This document shows, piece by piece, positions 18,084-23,421 of a DNA stretch of 23,421 bases. Under the pieces are notes generated by a model that searched no databases, was not told where the DNA came from, and saw nothing but the letters and a program-made list of their open reading frames with translations. The stretch is from Chthonomonadales bacterium. GTDB lineage: Bacteria; Armatimonadota; Chthonomonadetes; Chthonomonadales; Chthonomonadaceae. Positions within the stretch are counted from its first letter, which is position 1. Each line of letters starts with the position of its first letter. The stretch covers positions 1 to 23,421 of the forward strand of contig JBBQPO010000064.1 in assembly GCA_038217285.1 (NCBI GenBank). The letters run 5' to 3'. The translations under genes were made by a program, and so were the position numbers.

Positions 18084-19226
18084 TTATTTTTTGACGCAGT
18101 AGGACAGGGCGATCAGACTGTAACTGGTGACGAGGCCGGGTTGATTCTCCCAGTAGCGGGCGTTGGTATTGAACCAGGCGCCATCAGGACGCTGCGAGGC
18201 GACCAGTTGTGCGGCCAGGTCTTGCGCCCAGTCGTGCGGCTTACCGTTGGGTTCGGTGAGGATCTTCTGTCCATAGACGTCCAGGGTCTTCGCCATCGTG
18301 TGATAGTAGTAGTAGAGGGAGTTGGTGCACATACCAGGATGTTCGGTGACGGAGTAGTGGCTGCGCAGCCAGTCGTAGGCGGCCTTCGCGCGCGGATCCG
18401 ACTTCGTGACGCCGCAGTAGATATAGCTCTTCAGGCCGGCATAGGTCATCGCGCCGTAAGAGGTGTGCTTGCCGGGCGCGGTAGGGTTGGCCTCATTCGC
18501 CTTGCTCCCGCCCTGTGCCTCGTAGACGAAGCCGCCGTCGTTTGGCCCCTCTTTCACCCAGGCCTGGTCGTTGCTCTCCCGGCGATTCTGAACCCGCTGC
18601 AGGAAGATCAGCGCGTTCTTGAACACCGGAGCATTGGAAGGCATTCCGCTCACATGGAGCGCTTCCAGAGCATGCTGGAGATTGGAGAGATCCGGGTGCG
18701 TCTCATCGCCGGGGTCGTCGCCATAGCCGATGCCGCCGTACATCGGATTGGAAGGATTGATCCCCTCCTCCTCATCGAACTGTGCCTTCGAGAGGTACGC
18801 CTGCGCCTTCTGAATCACCGTTTTGTAAGCAGGGTTATGGGTTTCCGCCAGCGAGACGAGCGCGAGGCTGGTGTTGTAGTTCGGCAACGCGAGGGCCGCA
18901 TTGGCGTCGCTATAGATCGCGCCGTTCGGCTTCTGCGCACGCGTGAGGAACTTGACGCCGGACGCAACAGCAGGGTCGTTCAGTTCCGTTCGCCCATTGC
19001 GCAAAAATGCGGAGAGGGCCAGCGCGGCCGTCGCGGGATAGTGCCCCCACGAACCGTCCGTTTCCTGGGTTTTGCGCAGGTAGTCCAGCCCCTTCGCCAC
19101 GGCCTGCCGCGCTTTCGCGAGCGTCGCGTTCTGTGCCGTAGCCGGCAGTGTCTCTTGCAGGAGGAGCGATAAGCTCAACGGGCCGCCTACAGCAGCGCGT
19201 ATCATTTGGGCGCGGGTCAGTTTCAT
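18084..19226 (-). CDS. Prenyltransferase/squalene-oxidase repeat (alpha/alpha toroid) protein, probably exported
   Basis: QW-like repeats [45 protein letters not shown]; signal-like N-terminus ending ATA. Confidence 0.85.
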   Translation of the reverse strand: MKLTRAQMIRAAVGGPLSLSLLLQETLPATAQNATLAKARQAVAKGLDYLRKTQETDGSWGHYPATAALALSAFLRNGRTELNDPAVASGVKFLTRAQKPNGAIYSDANAALALPNYNTSLALVSLAETHNPAYKTVIQKAQAYLSKAQFDEEEGINPSNPMYGGIGYGDDPGDETHPDLSNLQHALEALHVSGMPSNAPVFKNALIFLQRVQNRRESNDQAWVKEGPNDGGFVYEAQGGSKANEANPTAPGKHTSYGAMTYAGLKSYIYCGVTKSDPRAKAAYDWLRSHYSVTEHPGMCTNSLYYYYHTMAKTLDVYGQKILTEPNGKPHDWAQDLAAQLVASQRPDGAWFNTNARYWENQPGLVTSYSLIALSYCVKK

Positions 19227-19307
19227 CTCAACTCTTCTTTCTTGCGTAGAAACCTCGTTCGCAACTATCCTTTAAGACACCGGGCCGCGCGAGAGGTTTC
19301 CCTGCCG

Positions 19308-20228
19308 TCAATTTTCGATTTGGTAGCTGCGTCGAAACCGCCATGCCGCGAGCGTCTGTGCGCTCAGGGCGATCAGGGTGAGAACGCCTGCCGTCACGAG
19401 CGGCGGGGGATAGACGAATGGGTATTCCGGAGCGTCCGTGCGGTTATAGATCCAGGGAACCCGCAGAATATCTTTGTTCAAGGCTGAGCAGACGCCGGTG
19501 ACAGGGTTGATCAGCAAGGCCGCCTCGATGAGCGGCGTCGGATCGTCCATGCGACGGATCGGTCTGTTCAGCGTAAAGAGGCCGAACAGGCACACGATGG
19601 ACAGGCTCAGTGAGAGAGCGGCGCCACGTTCCCAGGCGCGGCCCGGACGGGAGCGAAGCGCAAAGAGAAAACCGGTCGCGCCACCCATCAGCAGGACAGC
19701 CAGCAGAACGGTGTGCGCCAGCAGGATCGGACCGAGGCCCTTCACGCTTCCCTGTGAGAACCGAAAACTTAGCTGTGCCAGCAGCCATCCTGCCAGAGAG
19801 ACGCTCAGCACGCAAAACGGCATCCAGAGCGCGGCGAGCAGCCGACCGGTCACAATCTCCCACGCGGTCAGTTGCGTCAGCAGCGCAGCCTGGACGGCCT
19901 CGCGTTCTGCGCTTATGGGCACGGCGCCCGCCCCCAGGATCGCGCCCGCGCAGGGCAGCAAAAGCGCCGCCGCGATCGTCTCGGTGGTCAGCCAGCGTAG
20001 CAGAAAGCGCACTGCGTTACTGGAATAGACGCTGATCTGACCAAAAAAGAGCGACTGGATTCCCGCCGCAATAGCAAGCAGGAGTATCAGCAGACCGAAT
20101 GCGCCGAGCAGTTCCCGCTCGAGACGCCGACCACGCCGCTGCCTGCAGAAGACGACAGCGACACCCGACAGGGAAAATTTGCGCTCCGGCCTGCTTTGCT
20201 GCACCGGTTCCAGCGCGGGCGCGTTCAC
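19308..20228 (-). CDS. Multi-pass membrane protein, ABC-2-type permease-like
   Basis: GTG 20228 overlaps the upstream stop (GTGA); about 6 hydrophobic segments; ISAERE...ALLTQLTAWEIVTGRLLA resembles the ABC-2 permease motif ERE..T...LL.TP.....I..GK. Confidence 0.7.
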   Translation of the reverse strand: MNAPALEPVQQSRPERKFSLSGVAVVFCRQRRGRRLERELLGAFGLLILLLAIAAGIQSLFFGQISVYSSNAVRFLLRWLTTETIAAALLLPCAGAILGAGAVPISAEREAVQAALLTQLTAWEIVTGRLLAALWMPFCVLSVSLAGWLLAQLSFRFSQGSVKGLGPILLAHTVLLAVLLMGGATGFLFALRSRPGRAWERGAALSLSLSIVCLFGLFTLNRPIRRMDDPTPLIEAALLINPVTGVCSALNKDILRVPWIYNRTDAPEYPFVYPPPLVTAGVLTLIALSAQTLAAWRFRRSYQIEN

Positions 20229-20998
20229 GGTCGATTCCCGCTTCGCGCCATTTTCGCCAGACCATGGTGTTGCAGTGCGGAAGAGGTTGGGGAGATCGGT
20301 GGCAAGGCTCGTAGTACAAAATCGACCGGCGTACCACGCCTGGGAACCCGCTTCGCGTTGACGATATAGCTGTTGGTCACACCGCCGGGCAGCGGATTGT
20401 CGAGTATGGCCGCCGGATCGTGGTAGACAGCGACAAGAGATTTCTCCAGATCGGCCTCGAATCCCTCTTTGACGACCCGGGACCCGGTGAACACCCATCG
20501 GTTCGGAGGCATCGGGCGTTTCGCTGGCACTTCCAGAATCAGGTCTTCGGCACGCACCTCCTGCTCCGCGCCTTTCAGGTCGCGCCACCGCACCTTTATC
20601 TCGACGGGAGCGCCTTGCGGCGTGGTGGGATCGCCCTGGAACTTCAAGACGTTCTTCGGCTCCAGATCGAGCATCAGCAAGGCGACCTGCAAATGAAGGG
20701 GCCGCACGTCGATCCGCAGCAGACTCTCATGGGTCTTCCCATGCGGCGCGACCGCCAGATATTCGATCGCGCCCTCGTCCATATTGATGACGCCTTTGCA
20801 CGTGACGGTTCTCGCCCGCGTATCCACAATAACGGCCCCGATTCGGTAGACGTTGTCGGTGATACGCTCCACCATCGGCGGTTTCTGCGCTTTCCCACCC
20901 GCCTGACGGCCCGCCACCGCCGCCCTGCCCCCCAGGAGACAGAGGACCATAACAAGGCAAGCAGACCGACAGGCCTTCTTTTGTGTCTCTTGTCTCAT
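20225..20998 (-). CDS. YdjY-domain-like exported protein
   Basis: Signal-like N-terminus; GAIEYLAV...GKTHESLL...LQVALLMLDL...G.PVEIKVRW...WVFTGS pattern recalled from PVC-group YdjY-domain proteins. Confidence 0.65.
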   Translation of the reverse strand: MRQETQKKACRSACLVMVLCLLGGRAAVAGRQAGGKAQKPPMVERITDNVYRIGAVIVDTRARTVTCKGVINMDEGAIEYLAVAPHGKTHESLLRIDVRPLHLQVALLMLDLEPKNVLKFQGDPTTPQGAPVEIKVRWRDLKGAEQEVRAEDLILEVPAKRPMPPNRWVFTGSRVVKEGFEADLEKSLVAVYHDPAAILDNPLPGGVTNSYIVNAKRVPRRGTPVDFVLRALPPISPTSSALQHHGLAKMARSGNRP

Positions 20999-21004
20999 TG
21001 GCGG

Positions 21005-22297
21005 CTACTTCTGGTAGATCGGGAGGAGGCCCGCCGGGACTTGCAGGACGAGAATGGACATGGCGGTCGCATATTCGGTGCCTGCCTCGGAATAGCCGAA
21101 GTTGCCCCAGTTGCCGTCGGCGTCCTGCTTTTTAACGAGCATATCACGAATACCCGGATACCAGTGTTTCCAGTAGTCTCCACCGGCCTGGTACATCGCC
21201 TGCGTCACGTAGTAGATGGTGTAGAAAAAGTGTTCGCGATAGGGCCATTCGTTCTGACCGTTCAGCGGATGATTCACCAGATATTGCAGCCCCCCCTGGC
21301 ATTCCGGAGAGTCGCGCATACCGGCCATGAGCAGAGAGAGGACGCCGGCGCCGGTGCGGGCCGGGCCGGACTGATGGATCTGCACCTGATAACTGAATCC
21401 GTGATCATAGTTATTGGCGCACCGCTTCATATAGCCCAGGGCGCGATCGATGGTAGACTGCGTGACTTTGATTCCGGCGTTACGGGCAGCGCGAAGCGCG
21501 AGAACCTGCACGACTGTTACCGATATGTCGGCGTCGCCCATTCCCGGCTGATAGCGCCAGCCACCGTCGAGACGAGGGCGACCGTCGATGTTCTGGGTAT
21601 CTTCTATCAGGTGAATAGCGGCCTCGATCTTAGGCTTCAGATCACGGCGGCGAGTCATGCCGTAGACTTCAGCCAGGGCGAGAGTCGCGAAACCATGACC
21701 GTACATCGGCTGTCCGCTCTGCCCGATGGAGGGATCGCTATGGACCAGTCCGGTCGCGCCGAACCGCCCGTCCATACGCACACTTTTGGCGAGAAATTCG
21801 ACCGCTTCGTTGAGGACCAGACCGTACCGGCCGCGCCCCGGCTGATGCCCTGCCGCCAGGAAGGCCAGGAGGCTCAGAGCGGTAATACCGACATCGGCGG
21901 TATAGCCGCCGCTGCTCCAGTGACCGTCCGCCAGTTGACGGCCAGCCAGGTACTGCAAGCCTTTGTCGACCGCACGCTCCGATTCCGGCGTCCCCAGATA
22001 CTCGCGCGCCTCCACATCCCACGGCGATACCACTGCCTTGCGCGGCGGCACGGATGTCAGTTTCTTCTGGGCATGAGTCGGCAAGGCGCTCATCGTGCAG
22101 AGAAAGCCAAGGAGCATCAGGCTCAGAAGGCCCTTAAAAAAGGCGGCGGGCACAAAGCCGCTGACTGCAACCCTGTCTCTCGTCCGCGAGGACGATACGG
22201 CGGAGCCGCGTAGCGAGGGGTGATAACCCCTTGACCGCCCCAAGACGCTGGTGTCGCTCCGGCCAGAGGATGGTCCGGCGAAATCGTTCTGTAGCAT
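21005..22297 (-). CDS. Prenyltransferase/squalene-oxidase repeat (alpha/alpha toroid) protein
   Basis: KGLQYLAGRQLADGHW, MYGHGFATLALAEVYGM, DGGWRY, ADISVT, ALRAARNAGI, LVKKQDADGNW; hydrophobic signal/anchor ending THA; GAGG ribosome-binding site. Confidence 0.88.
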   Translation of the reverse strand: MLQNDFAGPSSGRSDTSVLGRSRGYHPSLRGSAVSSSRTRDRVAVSGFVPAAFFKGLLSLMLLGFLCTMSALPTHAQKKLTSVPPRKAVVSPWDVEAREYLGTPESERAVDKGLQYLAGRQLADGHWSSGGYTADVGITALSLLAFLAAGHQPGRGRYGLVLNEAVEFLAKSVRMDGRFGATGLVHSDPSIGQSGQPMYGHGFATLALAEVYGMTRRRDLKPKIEAAIHLIEDTQNIDGRPRLDGGWRYQPGMGDADISVTVVQVLALRAARNAGIKVTQSTIDRALGYMKRCANNYDHGFSYQVQIHQSGPARTGAGVLSLLMAGMRDSPECQGGLQYLVNHPLNGQNEWPYREHFFYTIYYVTQAMYQAGGDYWKHWYPGIRDMLVKKQDADGNWGNFGYSEAGTEYATAMSILVLQVPAGLLPIYQK

Positions 22298-22305
22298 AGT
22301 TGCCT

Positions 22306-23421
22306 CTACCGTTTCTTGTCGCCGAGGGCGCTGAAGTAGCGTTTCACGGCGTCCTGATATTCGGCGGAAACCTTCTCGCCCTGACCTTCGCGTAGAGTGC
22401 GCTGTGTGCGGGGATCGAGACTGCCGAACTTCCCGGAGGCGCCCGTCACGTTGGCGGTCTGCCCGTTCTGGACGCCTTCCAGTTTGGTAAAGGCCTTGTT
22501 CGAATTGCCCGACTTCTTCTGGCCGTTTGGCTGTGGAGCGCCCTGCTTCGCCTGCTGTTGGGCCTGTTGCTGCTGCTGCTGTTGCTGCATCGCCTGCTGC
22601 ACCTGTTTGGCGGCCTGATCCAAACCCTTGACGGCCTCGTCCTGGTGCCCCTGCGTGGGCTGGCCCGTCTGCTGCTGCTGCAGTTGGTTGCCGGACTGCT
22701 CCTGGTGTTGAGTGGCCTGCTGAACCATCTTCTGCGCGTCGGGCAGATTGGCAAGATCCTGCGCGGCCTGCTCAGTGATCTCCTGGGTCGCCTTCTGGTC
22801 CTGCGCCAGTTGGCGAACCTCCTGCTGTTGCGCCGGAGTCAGTTGTTTGTTCGGGTTTTGCGCGCGGGACTGCTCCAACTGACCCGTGTTCTGGCGAATC
22901 CCCTGTTGCAGCCCTTTCGCCAGCATCAGGTTCCCGAGAGCGTCTGCCTCCTGGGCCTGTTGCGCGCTCTGTGCCTGCTGTTGCGGCTGCTGTCCGTCCT
23001 GCGGCGGTTGTTGTTGCTGGTTCTGCGCGCCCTGGGCCTGCTGCTTCAGCGCCGCCGCGATAGTCTCCAGCGTCTGCGCGGCGCGGGCCTGCGCCGCCTG
23101 GGTCGGCTGGCCCGTGTCCCCGAGACCATGCTGCGGATTGAGCGCCTGCGTGGCGGGATGCGCCTGACGCGCCGCCATGGTCAGCGCCTGTTTGAAAGCG
23201 GGCGAAGGCAGCTTCTCCACCAGATTTTGGGCTTCCTGCTCAATATTTTTCTGGCGCTGCGCGACCTGGCCCAACTCGCCCTTCGCGTTGCTGTCGAGCG
23301 GCCCGAGCCGTTTTGTGGCGTCCAGACGGGCCGTGGTCTCCTTCAGAGCCTTCTGTAGCTGGGCGAGATGCTCCACGCGGTCCGCCATCTCGGCGGCGGC
23401 CTGCGCCGGATCGATCTGTTT
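22306..23421 (-). CDS. C-terminal part of a large Gln-rich helical protein (DUF4175-like C-terminus); 5' end outside the window
   Basis: Repeated L.Q.Q...Q.T helical units, poly-Gln tracts and the terminal motif VSAEYQDAVKRYFSAL; frame is open to the window end. Confidence 0.8.
   Translation of the reverse strand, partial: KQIDPAQAAAEMADRVEHLAQLQKALKETTARLDATKRLGPLDSNAKGELGQVAQRQKNIEQEAQNLVEKLPSPAFKQALTMAARQAHPATQALNPQHGLGDTGQPTQAAQARAAQTLETIAAALKQQAQGAQNQQQQPPQDGQQPQQQAQSAQQAQEADALGNLMLAKGLQQGIRQNTGQLEQSRAQNPNKQLTPAQQQEVRQLAQDQKATQEITEQAAQDLANLPDAQKMVQQATQHQEQSGNQLQQQQTGQPTQGHQDEAVKGLDQAAKQVQQAMQQQQQQQQAQQQAKQGAPQPNGQKKSGNSNKAFTKLEGVQNGQTANVTGASGKFGSLDPRTQRTLREGQGEKVSAEYQDAVKRYFSALGDKKR

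Noticed and set aside
20229-20588. N-terminal extension of the membrane-protein ORF
   Set aside because: Overlaps the YdjY-like gene; the GTGA overlap at 20225-20228 gives a better start.
20420-22213. 597-aa + strand ORF
   Set aside because: Antisense to two well-supported - strand genes; no recognisable domain.
18084-22297. Hopanoid biosynthesis (shc) cluster
   Set aside because: No DxDD motif, proteins are too short for SHC, and no hpn genes are nearby.
22530-23050. CRISPR array or DNA-level tandem repeat
   Set aside because: The CTG/TTG periodicity is explained by Gln codons; there is no repeat-spacer structure.

Overview
High-GC bacterial chromosomal window (spot counts about 68-70% GC) with a roughly 5.2 kb lower-GC insert (about 8720-13910, spot counts about 50% GC). 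Gene content is PVC/Armatimonadota-like, which is an inference only. Left arm: Gfo/Idh/MocA oxidoreductase, NAD-dependent epimerase, MscS channel and glpK on the + strand, converging on HAD, GNAT, PPC-domain, cytochrome-c/WD40 and alpha/beta-hydrolase genes on the - strand. The insert carries three co-oriented defence-type genes: a large gamma-class m6A methyltransferase, a circularly permuted SPPY (probably m4C) methyltransferase, and a BfiI-like PLD nuclease with a putative B3-like C-terminal domain. No integrase or transposase is visible. The cassette is bracketed by two hairpins that both begin with ACTAAGTAC, one being an 80-bp MITE-like element. Right arm: a - strand cluster of a Q-rich helical protein, two apparently exported prenyltransferase/squalene-cyclase-fold proteins, a YdjY-like protein, a membrane protein, MoxR, DUF58 and BatA/vWA. 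The best candidates for undescribed biology are the atypical restriction-modification cassette with its flanking hairpins and the MoxR/cyclase-fold envelope cluster. All family calls come from motif recognition by eye; no searches were run.
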